Assembly (NCBI GenBank): GCA_964463005.1
Contig: CAYWZZ010000001.1
Location: forward strand, 30,952-94,951
Source of the DNA: an uncultured Candidatus Bathyarchaeia archaeon
GTDB lineage: Archaea; Thermoproteota; CALKCG01; B24
Reading direction: 5' to 3'
Length of the DNA stretch: 64,000 nt
Both the position numbers and the translations under genes were made by a program. This document shows positions 1 through 9,861 of this stretch, one piece after another (position 1 is the first letter of the stretch; each line of letters opens with the position of its first letter). The notes beneath the pieces are model-generated. The model did no database searches and was not told the DNA's origin. It saw only the letters and a list, made by a program, of their open reading frames with translations.

Positions 1-108
1 TGCATATTCAACTGGGAGACATCGCCTACACGGTAAACCCATAAATGCTCTATCATCATCGATATCGCCATTACAATTGGGACATAGATTTCTAAAAATC
101 GCTCTCAT
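1..108 (-). CDS. rgy: Reverse gyrase, N-terminal fragment (gene continues beyond window start)
   Basis: Minus-strand ATG at 106-108. Translation MRAIFRNLCPNCNGDIDDDRAFMGLPCRRCLPVEYA carries the CPNC...GLPC..CL zinc finger typical of reverse-gyrase N-termini. Only 36 aa are visible. Confidence 0.45.
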   Translation of the reverse strand, partial: MRAIFRNLCPNCNGDIDDDRAFMGLPCRRCLPVEYA

Positions 109-154
109 TTTTTTCTAAAGGAATTTCACACATGGAGTTACATAAAAGTTTACA

Positions 155-970
155 TTAGAAAACATTTAGAAAAATAACAGTTATGAAGCTCAGCCATAAT
201 ATTATAACCACTATGATTGAGGATGTCCATACACTTTTACTCCACTTAAAGACCTTAGCACCATCCATTGGATCTAAAGGTATCAAATTGAATAGAGCAA
301 GGCTCAAATTTAAACTAACCAGTACGTAGAGTGATAAGGCGGTTAAACTACTACCAGCGTAGAATTTGAGCAGGAACGCGTAAACTATTGCTTGAATTAT
401 ATTGGTCAATGGTCCCGCGAAAGCTATTTTGCCTATGTGATCTTTATTGATGAATAGCCCAACAACTCTAACAGCTCCAGGAGCTATGATTTTAATCGGA
501 AAAATCACTGATAAAAGTGTTAACAGCAAACCTGGTATGCTTAGTCTAAACTCAGCCCAATATCCCATTTTCTGCGCTACAATTTTATGAGCAAGTTCAT
601 GTATCAAGAAGGAGGTTACCATTCCAAGGATTGTTAAAGTCAATAACCCAATGTTTAGGAGGAAGAATGGCATAGCGTTAATAAGCATGGAAAACCCTAT
701 GAGGGTGAAAACAGATAACCCAACGGCTAAATGTTTAAGCTCTTTAAGACTGGTCATTTGGAAAATGCTTTCAACCCTAAATCTAGTCGTATCCACATAC
801 GTTAGCGGCCTCTTGGGAGCCGTCGGAGCTAATCTAGGAGTATAAGCTCTAAACGTCAAATCACACCTATGGTTTTCCGGAAGTCTATGCTCGTAGCAGA
901 ATAGCTTTCCACAGTATGAGCATTTGAAAGGTATGGCGACTTCTATTCCACATTCCTGACACTTAACCAA
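155..970 (-). CDS. Intramembrane zinc metalloprotease (M50/S2P-like) with N-terminal AN1-type zinc finger
   Basis: N-term CQECG...CSYCGKLFCYEHRLPENHRC matches AN1 Cys/His spacing. Multi-pass hydrophobic body has an HELAH (HExxH) motif and a later NLIPLDPMDG (LDG) motif typical of the site-2 protease family. Confidence 0.6.
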   Translation of the reverse strand: MVKCQECGIEVAIPFKCSYCGKLFCYEHRLPENHRCDLTFRAYTPRLAPTAPKRPLTYVDTTRFRVESIFQMTSLKELKHLAVGLSVFTLIGFSMLINAMPFFLLNIGLLTLTILGMVTSFLIHELAHKIVAQKMGYWAEFRLSIPGLLLTLLSVIFPIKIIAPGAVRVVGLFINKDHIGKIAFAGPLTNIIQAIVYAFLLKFYAGSSLTALSLYVLVSLNLSLALFNLIPLDPMDGAKVFKWSKSVWTSSIIVVIILWLSFITVIFLNVF

Positions 971-1093
971 AAGTTGAACCCCGACTTCAATAACAAGACG
1001 TCATTATTAAAAGCTTATCTAATTACAGATTTTGACTTGGGGAAGACCATTCTATATAAACTTATTTAACCGTAGGTTAAGAAAAAGCTTAGG

Positions 1094-1468
1094 ATGACAA
1101 ATGGGGAGAAGTTCAGATATACGCAAAATATCGTAATTCGAACTGATATATTTATGAGTTGCGGTAAAATGTGTGCACAGGCAGCCCATGCTGCCGTAAC
1201 GGCTTGTGAAGAATCTAGGAAAATCAATGAAAAGTGGTTTAGAGAGTGGCTTATGGAAGGGCAGAGGAAAGTAGTTTTAAAAGCAAATTCTCTTGATGAG
1301 CTCATTAACTTGAAGAGGGAGGCGGATAAGTTGAATCTACCAAACGCTCTAATTGAAGATAGAGGGCTAACGGAGCTACCACCTGGAACAATAACATGTT
1401 TGGCCATAGGTCCTGCTCCTAAAGAACTTGTAGACAAAATCACTGGAAGACTTAAATTGATGGACTGA
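1094..1468 (+). CDS. pth2: Peptidyl-tRNA hydrolase, archaeal type (Pth2)
   Basis: 124 aa. The GKMCAQAAHAAV core and the length are typical of Pth2. Confidence 0.85.
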   Translation: MTNGEKFRYTQNIVIRTDIFMSCGKMCAQAAHAAVTACEESRKINEKWFREWLMEGQRKVVLKANSLDELINLKREADKLNLPNALIEDRGLTELPPGTITCLAIGPAPKELVDKITGRLKLMD

Positions 1469-1788
1469 TGCCTAAAATTAGAACATTGGTTCTCCTTCTA
1501 CCGTTAACTTCTTTTTCCTCATTACGTTATCACCACAGCATATTAATACCTAGCATTGCTCCCAACTAATCGAGGCGTTAAGCGTAATTTATATCAACCC
1601 TATTAAAACGCCTAAACTAAAAAGCAACGATATTTCTCCTGAAATTGATAGTCAAAGCTCCAGTTAAGATTAGTGACACTTAGTTAAAGATCTTCTGGAT
1701 TTAGAAGTTAATATTATAGCCATGAGAAACACCGAAGTCTTATAAAACCTACATTATGTTGCTAAAGTTTAATGCTTACATTCAAAAA

Positions 1789-3624
1789 TTAGACTTTTAT
1801 CGGAAAATTTAGGTTTTCTAAGAAAATCTTACTAAAGTCGGGTTTAATATAGAATTCGATAAATTTTATACGTTTAGCTAAATCTTCAGCTTTAATTCTT
1901 TCTTCATATGATACTAAACACATTTTCGCACCAATGCCAGCTGTATTTCCCACTGTTCTAATCCTACTTAGATCCACGTTGGGAAGTAGTCCTATTCTAA
2001 CGGCGCTTCTAGGGCTTATATAGGAACCGAATGATCCGGCTAAGTAAATGGTGGACAACTCTTCAACTTGAACACCCGCATCCCGCATTAGTAAGGTTAA
2101 ACCTGTAGCTATAGCTGATTTCGCTAATTGAATTTCTCTAACATCCCTCTGAGTTATAGTTATAGCGTTTCCAGTACCGCTTTCCTTAGAATCCGCTACT
2201 ACGAATTCGTAGTCTTTACCGGAGTTTATGAAGAGATTTGGAGATTTCAAAACATTAAATCTACCGTTTCTATCTAGGAGACCAGCATCTAAAAGCGATG
2301 CTAAAGCATCTACAATACCTGAACCGCATATCCCCATTGGTTTTACGCCTCCTATTACTTTATACTTCACGATGTCAGAATCTATGTAGATTGTCTCTAT
2401 TGCTCCTAAACCAGCCCTCATACCGTGTTTTATACGGGCCCCTTCAAAAGCTGGTCCAGAAGCGCAACTGCATGCATAGAGGTCTTTACCGTTATTTAGG
2501 ATGATTTCCGTGTTCGTTCCAATATCTATCACAACACTCGGTTTATTAGATTCATAGATTCTAGTTGCAAGAGCATCAGCAATAGCATCTGCCCCTATAA
2601 ACCCTGCTACAACAGGCAGAAGGAATAGATTTCCAGACTCGTTTATATTCAAGCCTATCTCAGACGCCTTCACATTTATAGAGTTCTGTACGACTGGAGT
2701 GAAGGGAGCTAATCCAAGGGTTTTGGGGGGTATTCCAAGGAATATATGATGCATAGCTGTATTTCCAACGGCTACAACCTCGTATATGTCTTGGGGAGAT
2801 ATGTTCACGTCTCTACAAAGTTCCTCTATCAATTGGTTAATACCTCCAACAACGGCCTTCTGGAGCTGAATGGTTCTCTCATAGTCTGAGGCATAAGTTA
2901 TCCGTGATATTACGTCTTCTCCGAAACTTATCTGAGGGTTTAACATAGATTTGACAGCCTCTGTTTCACCAGTTTTCAAATTTATGAGGTATGCAGCTAA
3001 TTTGGTTGTTCCAATGTCTACAGCAAGACCGTAGATTCTTTTAACCCCATCAGCGGGTAAGACATCTAATATGCCGAGATCTTTATGATAGATCACTCTT
3101 ACACCCCATCTACTTTCCCTTAAAACAGATGGAAGCTTTTTCAGAACCGTAAGTCGTGGAGCTACGTACGATTCAACTTTTAATGCATCTAAAACTCTAC
3201 TATAGTCTGATTTAAGATCGGATAGCGTCGGTTTTTTAACCTCGACTATGACTTCTTTAACAGCTGGATCAACCAATATTGGTAATTCTAAACCCTCTAC
3301 TGCTATCTTGAAAAAGTGGATGGTGGCCTCCGCTGGAATTTCTATTTCAACGTCTTCTAATATTTTTGCTTGACATGCCAGTCTAAAACCATTTGAAAGC
3401 TTTCCACTGAGTAGTTTGAGTTCTTGTTCAGATGGAGGTGAAAGCTTTCCCCTAACCACTTTTATGACACATTTACCGCATATGCCCAGACCGCCACATA
3501 TACTCTGAAGCACTATACCGTTTCTTCTAAGAGATTCTAGAACCGTCTCATTCATTTTAGTCTGTATTCTTAACCCGATGGGTTGAACAGTAAGCTTAGG
3601 CAACATTCCACCTCCCATTCTCAA
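1789..3624 (-). CDS. 2Fe-2S ferredoxin / ASKHA-domain ATPase (RACo-like, DUF4445 family)
   Basis: N-terminal plant-type 2Fe-2S motif CGGLGICGKC. The 611-aa length and the glycine-rich actin/Hsp70-like ATPase segments (DIGTT..., GNTAM) match the architecture of reductive activators of corrinoid proteins. Confidence 0.55.
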   Translation of the reverse strand: MRMGGGMLPKLTVQPIGLRIQTKMNETVLESLRRNGIVLQSICGGLGICGKCVIKVVRGKLSPPSEQELKLLSGKLSNGFRLACQAKILEDVEIEIPAEATIHFFKIAVEGLELPILVDPAVKEVIVEVKKPTLSDLKSDYSRVLDALKVESYVAPRLTVLKKLPSVLRESRWGVRVIYHKDLGILDVLPADGVKRIYGLAVDIGTTKLAAYLINLKTGETEAVKSMLNPQISFGEDVISRITYASDYERTIQLQKAVVGGINQLIEELCRDVNISPQDIYEVVAVGNTAMHHIFLGIPPKTLGLAPFTPVVQNSINVKASEIGLNINESGNLFLLPVVAGFIGADAIADALATRIYESNKPSVVIDIGTNTEIILNNGKDLYACSCASGPAFEGARIKHGMRAGLGAIETIYIDSDIVKYKVIGGVKPMGICGSGIVDALASLLDAGLLDRNGRFNVLKSPNLFINSGKDYEFVVADSKESGTGNAITITQRDVREIQLAKSAIATGLTLLMRDAGVQVEELSTIYLAGSFGSYISPRSAVRIGLLPNVDLSRIRTVGNTAGIGAKMCLVSYEERIKAEDLAKRIKFIEFYIKPDFSKIFLENLNFPIKV

Positions 3625-4528
3625 TAAGGGCTGTTGCTAGAATTGGTAAAGCTATGGTGAAATCACATGGAACGACAACTCTATAAGACTCTTGTTTAAC
3701 TTTACCCCAGCTTATAGCTTCATCTGGAGTTGCACCAGATAAACCCCCATATTCGGGTCTATCCGTAGTTATACTAACTACATACGTCAGAGGTTTTCCA
3801 GCCGTCATAATTGCTTGGTTAAGATAATTCTTAGGAACTCCTCCACCAAGTATAAGTGCTCCTGTTTTTTCAGAATCCCATATTAAATCAAGCAATTCTA
3901 TTTGATCTTGGAAAAGGTCTACTTTGAAATTGGAGTTGCGACTATGCATGCTGATGTGCAATCCGAGTATGCTGTCATTCAATGTTGGACAGAATATCGG
4001 TACGTTCACATCACTACATGTCTTAAGAATAGAGTTTCTATCTGAAATGATGCTCCCTAATGTGCTTAAAAACTCCCTACTACTCATAGTCTTTCTCGGA
4101 AGATTGTTTAGAATCTCCTTAAGTCTTTTCTCCAGCACTAGAAAACTCTCAGTCTTAACGTAGACGTCGTATATTCGGCTTAAACCCCTCTTCTTAAGCT
4201 CTAAATCGTCAACGTAAGGGCTTCCTTTGAAATGTCTCTCACCAAATGCTTCAAGTAAATCGTGCGTTAAATTGGCACCTGTGGTGATTACAACGTCAAA
4301 TAATCTTGCTTTAATCATCGCGGATATTGTAAACCTTAAACCTCCAGGAACAGCTGCTCCAGCAATTGTCAGAAATTTTAAGCACTCGCGATCCTTCGAC
4401 ATTCTATCGAGTATTTGATATGCTTCGTAAAGTTTCCTAGCTGTAAAGGAGCCGTTTCCAAACTCTTTCAAAAGCATTGAAACGGTCATTTTTGGCTCAA
4501 CTTTTATATGCTCAATTGGATTTAACAT
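3596..4528 (-). CDS. dys: Deoxyhypusine synthase
   Basis: 310 aa. N-terminus (...TARKLYEAYQIL...AGAAVPGGLR...) and the length match archaeal DHS. It overlaps the downstream ASKHA gene by 29 nt, suggesting co-transcription. Confidence 0.8.
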   Translation of the reverse strand: MLNPIEHIKVEPKMTVSMLLKEFGNGSFTARKLYEAYQILDRMSKDRECLKFLTIAGAAVPGGLRFTISAMIKARLFDVVITTGANLTHDLLEAFGERHFKGSPYVDDLELKKRGLSRIYDVYVKTESFLVLEKRLKEILNNLPRKTMSSREFLSTLGSIISDRNSILKTCSDVNVPIFCPTLNDSILGLHISMHSRNSNFKVDLFQDQIELLDLIWDSEKTGALILGGGVPKNYLNQAIMTAGKPLTYVVSITTDRPEYGGLSGATPDEAISWGKVKQESYRVVVPCDFTIALPILATALIENGRWNVA

Positions 4529-4839
4529 CTCTTCTCTATCTAAGAGAAGAAGAACGAATAAATTTATCTAAAAGGAGAGAGCAGTATGTATCAAGGTTAC
4601 CGTTGAGTGGTGAGAAGTATAGGGTTGAAATTAAAACTCTAGAAAAGCCTATGAAGGTTAATCCAGATTTTCTAAACGATGTAAAGGGGATTAGCCCAAA
4701 ACTTTTGGGGAGGATGAAGAAGGAGGCTGTAGAATGTCCAGTGAAGAAGACCATCATACCGTTCTTAGAGTGCTTCATATGTAGCAATTTCATTACAAGG
4801 GTGAGGGGGATAGTTTACTGCAAAGGTGAACTACTTTGA
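4477..4839 (+). CDS. Hypothetical small protein with C-terminal Cys cluster (CPx10CxxCx12C)
   Basis: ORF in the 550-bp gap between dys and aor. Its 5' end is antisense to the dys start, so the true start is probably internal (MKVNPDF..., about 4648). No family recognised. Confidence 0.2.
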   Translation: MKRSFLAQLLYAQLDLTSLLYLREEERINLSKRREQYVSRLPLSGEKYRVEIKTLEKPMKVNPDFLNDVKGISPKLLGRMKKEAVECPVKKTIIPFLECFICSNFITRVRGIVYCKGELL

Positions 4840-5093
4840 AGCTTGAAGCTAGACACGTATTTTTAACCATAAACTTAACGCTTTTCACAATACTTCTTTA
4901 TTATCTTTGGTTTATTGCCCTTCCACGGTATACACATACGTACTATTACGAAGCTATTAGGAACACTATAACTTTAGTATCCATCTTACTTCTAGTAGCT
5001 ATGCTACTTTCATCAATCCTCATACTTAGAGTAGGTAGGGAGGAGCAAGAAGAGATGGATATTGGGAAGGGAAGTAAACTAAGTCTTCCTTAA
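4836..5093 (+). CDS. Hypothetical 2-TM membrane protein
   Basis: Overlaps the upstream ORF by 4 nt (ATGA), with two strongly hydrophobic helices. No homology recognised. Confidence 0.2.
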   Translation: MKLEARHVFLTINLTLFTILLYYLWFIALPRYTHTYYYEAIRNTITLVSILLLVAMLLSSILILRVGREEQEEMDIGKGSKLSLP

Positions 5094-6947
5094 AAGACTG
5101 AGTTCTTCAGCAACATCTCCTAAACTTAGTTGTATAAGCCGCTCTTGACTCGGCACACCATCTTCATTCCATCCTCTAAGCTCATAATACTTTGGCAACA
5201 TTTTCTCTAGTTCAACCACCTGACCTGCAGCACCACCACTTTTGAGAGGCTCTTTGAGAAGCCTATACGGAAGAATATCATCCCTAGCAGTTACACCTCT
5301 CTTCACGTTAATTACTCGCTTAAGATTGTAGATTCTCTCACCAGCCTCAGCAAGTTCCTTAACAGTCTTATATCGACCAATAACCATTGATAGTATTGCT
5401 ACTACGGCAGCCGGAGGGATGAATGCAAATTTACAGAGTATCAGCGAATCTAAGACGTCATGCCAATCCTGCATAATCTTAACCACTCTAGGTTTTGATT
5501 CTAAATCGAATCGGTAAATCCGTTCATGTATACCTAAATCTGGTATACGCTCACCTTGCTCTATTATGAATACTTCACCTCTAAGGTGGCATGCACCCCT
5601 ATGAGAGGTGGCGTATTGAAGACCCATGCCCTTGAAAGCTCTAGGATCGTGCATGGGGATCTCCAACCCTTTAACATGCATAGCTATCTGCTTAGCTTCT
5701 CCCCCTATCTCCTCCGACATCCTTTTAACACCCTCTGCTAGGAAGGCGCCAATACCTTCACGGAAGGCTATTTTCTTTATAAGTTGTAGGATTAAATCGG
5801 GTTTTCCCCATTCTATTCTTAAACCATCAACTTCCCTGGATACTAGCCCTTTATCGCAACACTCCATTAAGAATGCTATGGAAACGCCAGTTGTTATGGT
5901 ATCTATTCCATACCTGTTGCATAGCTCGTTGGCCTTAACTATGGCCTCAATGTTATCATTTAAGCAGAGAGCCCCAAGCGAAGCGACTGTCTCATATTCA
6001 GGGCCCATCCCCTCCTCCGTCTTATACGGACCATTTTTCACTTCAACTATCCTGCCACATGCTATTGGACATCTGAAGCAAGCCCAATTCCTCTTTAAAA
6101 CCTTTTTCGCCATAGCTTCTCCAGAAATGTTTTCAATTCCACTCCAAACACCTTCTGTAAAATGTTTTATAGGCACGTCTCCGTATTCGTACATAATGCT
6201 CATAATTCCATCAGTACCATATGACGAATATATCTGAACGGTGGGGTGGCTTCTGATAGTTACGTAGAGTTTTTTCACGTATGACGTAAGCTTATCTTCT
6301 TCGGCTGCTGGAATAACTTTAATAGAGCCTTTGACAGCTATGGCCTTGAGGTTTTTCGAGCCCATAACGGCTCCAAGGCCGCATCTACCAGCAGCCCTAC
6401 CCTTATCGTTTATGATATTTGCATATTTAACGAGGTTTTCACCAGCCGGTCCAATAGATGCTACTTTAACATCTGGACTTAGCTCTTTCTTTAAAGCATC
6501 TTCACAACTATAAGTGTCTAAACCCCATAAGTGTCTAGCGTCCACTATCTCGCAACCAGACTCATGTATCCATAAGTAAACTGGCTTATCGGATTTACCT
6601 TCAACCACCACTCCGTCAAAACCAGCGAATTTAAGCTCAGGCCCCCAATATCCTGCTGCATGCGATTCAGCCCATATACCAGTTAAAGGTGAGAGCGCGC
6701 AGACAGTGTATCTGCCAGCTGAGGGTGTTATTGTACCAGTTAAGGGCCCAGTCATGAAAATCAATTTATTAGATGGATCTAAAGGGTCTATATCCATTGG
6801 CGTTTCCCTGTAGATCAACCAAGCTGCATATCCGCTTCCACCTATAAACCTCTCGGTTGCACTTTCATTTAAAGGCTCTACGAGTATTGATTTACTGTTC
6901 AAATTAACTCTTAATATCCGACCGACGTATCCTCCTTTAAATGGCAT
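5079..6947 (-). CDS. aor: Tungsten-containing aldehyde:ferredoxin oxidoreductase (AOR family)
   Basis: 622 aa. N-term MPFKGGYVGRILRVNL...ERFIGGSGYAAW and overall length are diagnostic of the AOR family. Confidence 0.85.
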   Translation of the reverse strand: MPFKGGYVGRILRVNLNSKSILVEPLNESATERFIGGSGYAAWLIYRETPMDIDPLDPSNKLIFMTGPLTGTITPSAGRYTVCALSPLTGIWAESHAAGYWGPELKFAGFDGVVVEGKSDKPVYLWIHESGCEIVDARHLWGLDTYSCEDALKKELSPDVKVASIGPAGENLVKYANIINDKGRAAGRCGLGAVMGSKNLKAIAVKGSIKVIPAAEEDKLTSYVKKLYVTIRSHPTVQIYSSYGTDGIMSIMYEYGDVPIKHFTEGVWSGIENISGEAMAKKVLKRNWACFRCPIACGRIVEVKNGPYKTEEGMGPEYETVASLGALCLNDNIEAIVKANELCNRYGIDTITTGVSIAFLMECCDKGLVSREVDGLRIEWGKPDLILQLIKKIAFREGIGAFLAEGVKRMSEEIGGEAKQIAMHVKGLEIPMHDPRAFKGMGLQYATSHRGACHLRGEVFIIEQGERIPDLGIHERIYRFDLESKPRVVKIMQDWHDVLDSLILCKFAFIPPAAVVAILSMVIGRYKTVKELAEAGERIYNLKRVINVKRGVTARDDILPYRLLKEPLKSGGAAGQVVELEKMLPKYYELRGWNEDGVPSQERLIQLSLGDVAEELSLLRKT

Positions 6948-7016
6948 CGTCTAGAAAATATAGAGATAAGAGATAAAACTTTTTACCTGATAGACGGACT
7001 TAAATAATGGAGTGTT

Positions 7017-8384
7017 TTGGTCAAAATAGCTGTTATAGGTGCGGGTAGTATAGCGTGGTCTATGACTTTAATCCGAGACTTATGCGCTACTCCAAGCCTA
7101 TGGAAGAGCACTGTTTTGTTAATGGACATAAATGAAGAACGTTTAAACTTATGCTATATTGCGGCTGAGAGATACGCATCTGAAGTTAAAGCGGATTTAA
7201 GATTTAATAAGACCACGGATAGGAAGGGGGCGATTAAGGACGCGGATTTCGTCATAAATACCGCCATGGCCGGAGGGCATCAATACTATGAGAAGATGAG
7301 GGAGATATCTGAGAAGCACGGCTACTACAGGGGGATAAACAGTGTAGAGTGGAATATGGTTTCAGACTACCATACGATTTGGGGGTATTATCAACTTAAG
7401 TTAATGATTGATATAGGTAGAGATATGGAGGAGCTATGTCCAGATGCATGGCTTCTCCTACTCGCAAATCCGGTTTTCGAAGGCACTACTCTATTATCAA
7501 GAGAAACGAAACTGAAGGTCGTAGGGCTCTGCCATGGACATTTGGGATATAAAGAAATGGCTAGGGTAATGGGGCTTGATTTAAAGGAAACAGAAGTTGA
7601 ATCCATAGGCTTAAACCATGTGATCTGGATGACGAAATTCCGTTACAAGGATGAAGATGGATACCAGCTCTTAGACGAGTGGATTGAGAAGAAGGCAGAA
7701 GATTATTGGAAACTATGGAGGCAAACCCAGAGAAATCCATTTGACCTGCAGATGTCTCCCGCAGCGGTGGATATGTACAAAAAGTATGGGTTATTTCCAA
7801 TAGGAGATTCCGTGAGAGGAGGGACATGGAAATACCACTGGAATCTGGAAACTAAGAGGAAGTGGTTTGGACCTACCGGTGGTCCAGACTCTGAAACGGG
7901 TTGGGCAATATACTTGAAATGGCAGAGGAGGAGTCTTGAAAATATAGCTAAACACATCAGAGATCAATCCACTCCTTTAATCAAAGTATTCCCACCACGT
8001 AGGAGTGAAGAATCAGTTGTACCTATAATGGAATCCATTGTCACTGACAATAGGGGAATATACCAAGTCAATATTTTGAATAAGGGAATGGTGAGGGGTA
8101 TTCCAGATGATGTGGCTGTAGAAGTACCTGTTGAAGTTGATGGGAGAGGAGTTCATAGAACATACTCGGGAGAACTACCTAAACGTGTAATGAAATACGT
8201 CATAACTCCTAGGATTATGAGGATGGAGTGGGCACTTGAAGCCTTCCTAGAAGGAGGTAGGGACCTCTTATTTGAATGGTTGATAGTAGACCCAAGGACT
8301 AAATCGAACGAGCAAATTGAGGAAACGATAAATGACATACTATCACTACCTGAGAATGTAGAAATGGCAAAACACTTTAAGTAG
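7017..8384 (+). CDS. Glycoside hydrolase family 4 (NAD+/Mn2+-dependent alpha-glucosidase/alpha-galactosidase type)
   Basis: N-terminal KIAVIGAGS Rossmann motif, conserved VVGLCHGH segment, about 455 aa. TTG start. Confidence 0.7.
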   Translation: MVKIAVIGAGSIAWSMTLIRDLCATPSLWKSTVLLMDINEERLNLCYIAAERYASEVKADLRFNKTTDRKGAIKDADFVINTAMAGGHQYYEKMREISEKHGYYRGINSVEWNMVSDYHTIWGYYQLKLMIDIGRDMEELCPDAWLLLLANPVFEGTTLLSRETKLKVVGLCHGHLGYKEMARVMGLDLKETEVESIGLNHVIWMTKFRYKDEDGYQLLDEWIEKKAEDYWKLWRQTQRNPFDLQMSPAAVDMYKKYGLFPIGDSVRGGTWKYHWNLETKRKWFGPTGGPDSETGWAIYLKWQRRSLENIAKHIRDQSTPLIKVFPPRRSEESVVPIMESIVTDNRGIYQVNILNKGMVRGIPDDVAVEVPVEVDGRGVHRTYSGELPKRVMKYVITPRIMRMEWALEAFLEGGRDLLFEWLIVDPRTKSNEQIEETINDILSLPENVEMAKHFK

Positions 8385-8598
8385 GAGGAAGATGAGCAAC
8401 ATTTAAAAATGCATGAGAGTGTTATTTGGGAATAATTTTATAGAAAAACTTATAAGCAAACCCCTAGCATTTGTTTTCAAATGCTGTTGTCCAACATGAA
8501 AAACGTTACAATATATCTTAAGAGGTTCTATATTACTGTAGGTTATAGTTTTTGACCTAAACCTCTAGTTGAATTGGAGGTGGTGTTGGGGGATCGCC

Positions 8599-9861
8599 AT
8601 GGTTTCTGAACGTATTGTTGTCGTGAAATTTGGTGGGAAAACCCTCTCCAATGGTTTAAGAATTAGGAGAGCTGCTGAGATGATCGCGGACGCTTATAAG
8701 AAGGGGATTAAGCCCATAGTAGTAGTTTCAGCTATGGGCAGTACAACAGATGATCTACTAAGTACAGTTAAAGAGGCGACAGGAGGAGCAGTCTCAAACG
8801 ACATTCTAGATGATATCCTTTCAATGGGTGAGAGGACGAGTGCTAGAATATTTACCTCAGCTCTTAGATCTTTAGGTCTAGAATCTGTATACTTAGACCC
8901 CTATATGGAAGATTGGCCTATAATCACGAATAGTAAATTTGGGAATGCTGATCCCCTGATACCGGAGACTTACGCTAAACTAAGAAGCGTTTTAATACCC
9001 TTGGTAGAGAAGGGCATTGTACCGATTGTACCCGGATTTATAGGTAAAACTTTGGATGGGCGGGTAATAACTTTAGGAAGAGGGGGAAGTGATTTGACAG
9101 CTATACTCATAGGTGGAGCCTTAGATTTAAGGGAAGTTATATTTGTCTCGGATGTAGATGGTATAATGACTGGCGACCCTAAGATTGTAGAAAATCCTAG
9201 GTTGATTAGGGAAATCGAAGTAAAGTCGCTTATAGGTTTAGCTGATTCTGATGTAAAGTTCCTTAAGAGAAAGACTTTGAAGTATAAGCCTTCCAATGTT
9301 GACATTAAGCTCATAAACTTTATGAATGGAAGCGTAGACGTTGAGGGTACTGTTATCAAAGGCTCTTTTCCAAATCCGAATTCGAACTCAAGACTTGAGG
9401 TTGAAGTGTATAAGGAACCTATAGCCGCTTTAACAGCAGTAGGTAAAGGCATTTTAAGTAGACCCGACGTCTTAGTTGAAGTCTTTAAATCGATCAGAGA
9501 GACCGGTATACAGCCGATAGGCGTTACAACAGATTCGGAATCTATAGTAATTTACATTTCTGAGTCTAAGAGTTTGGATATAGCTAAGAAAGTTCACGCT
9601 ATTGTCTTAAAAAACCCGGATACTCTTATAGCAGTTGCTCTAAGAAGGAGCTTGGCCTTAATTAGTATTAGAGGTATTGGTTTAGAGGAGACTCCAGGTA
9701 TTATTGGAAAGATAACGGAGCCCCTTGGGAGAAAGGGGATAAATATTCATGGCATTTTCACAATAACGTCTACCATAAATCTCATTGTAACTCAAGATGA
9801 TGTTGAACAAGCGTGTAAACTTATAATGGATGTCTTAAGCACGGTGAATGGAAATGATTAA
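8599..9861 (+). CDS. lysC: Aspartate kinase
   Basis: IVVVKFGGKTL...VVSAMGSTTDDL amino-acid-kinase N-terminus with C-terminal ACT-like repeats. Start placed at the ATG (8599) preceded by GGAGGTGGTG; the longer 8569 ORF adds an implausible MNWRWCW extension. Confidence 0.85.
   Translation: MVSERIVVVKFGGKTLSNGLRIRRAAEMIADAYKKGIKPIVVVSAMGSTTDDLLSTVKEATGGAVSNDILDDILSMGERTSARIFTSALRSLGLESVYLDPYMEDWPIITNSKFGNADPLIPETYAKLRSVLIPLVEKGIVPIVPGFIGKTLDGRVITLGRGGSDLTAILIGGALDLREVIFVSDVDGIMTGDPKIVENPRLIREIEVKSLIGLADSDVKFLKRKTLKYKPSNVDIKLINFMNGSVDVEGTVIKGSFPNPNSNSRLEVEVYKEPIAALTAVGKGILSRPDVLVEVFKSIRETGIQPIGVTTDSESIVIYISESKSLDIAKKVHAIVLKNPDTLIAVALRRSLALISIRGIGLEETPGIIGKITEPLGRKGINIHGIFTITSTINLIVTQDDVEQACKLIMDVLSTVNGND

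Noticed and set aside
5626-6237. 203-aa plus-strand ORF and other antisense ORFs inside aor, the ribosomal genes, lysC, secY and others (for example 8970-9452, 38179-38463, 46800-47147, 48660-49247)
   Set aside because: They are fully embedded antisense in strongly conserved genes. They have low-complexity, Ser/Pro/Leu-rich translations typical of shadow ORFs.
8569-8598. Longer N-terminal extension of aspartate kinase (MNWRWCWGIA...)
   Set aside because: It is tryptophan-rich and non-conserved, and an internal ATG at 8599 has a GGAGGTGG Shine-Dalgarno-like sequence upstream.
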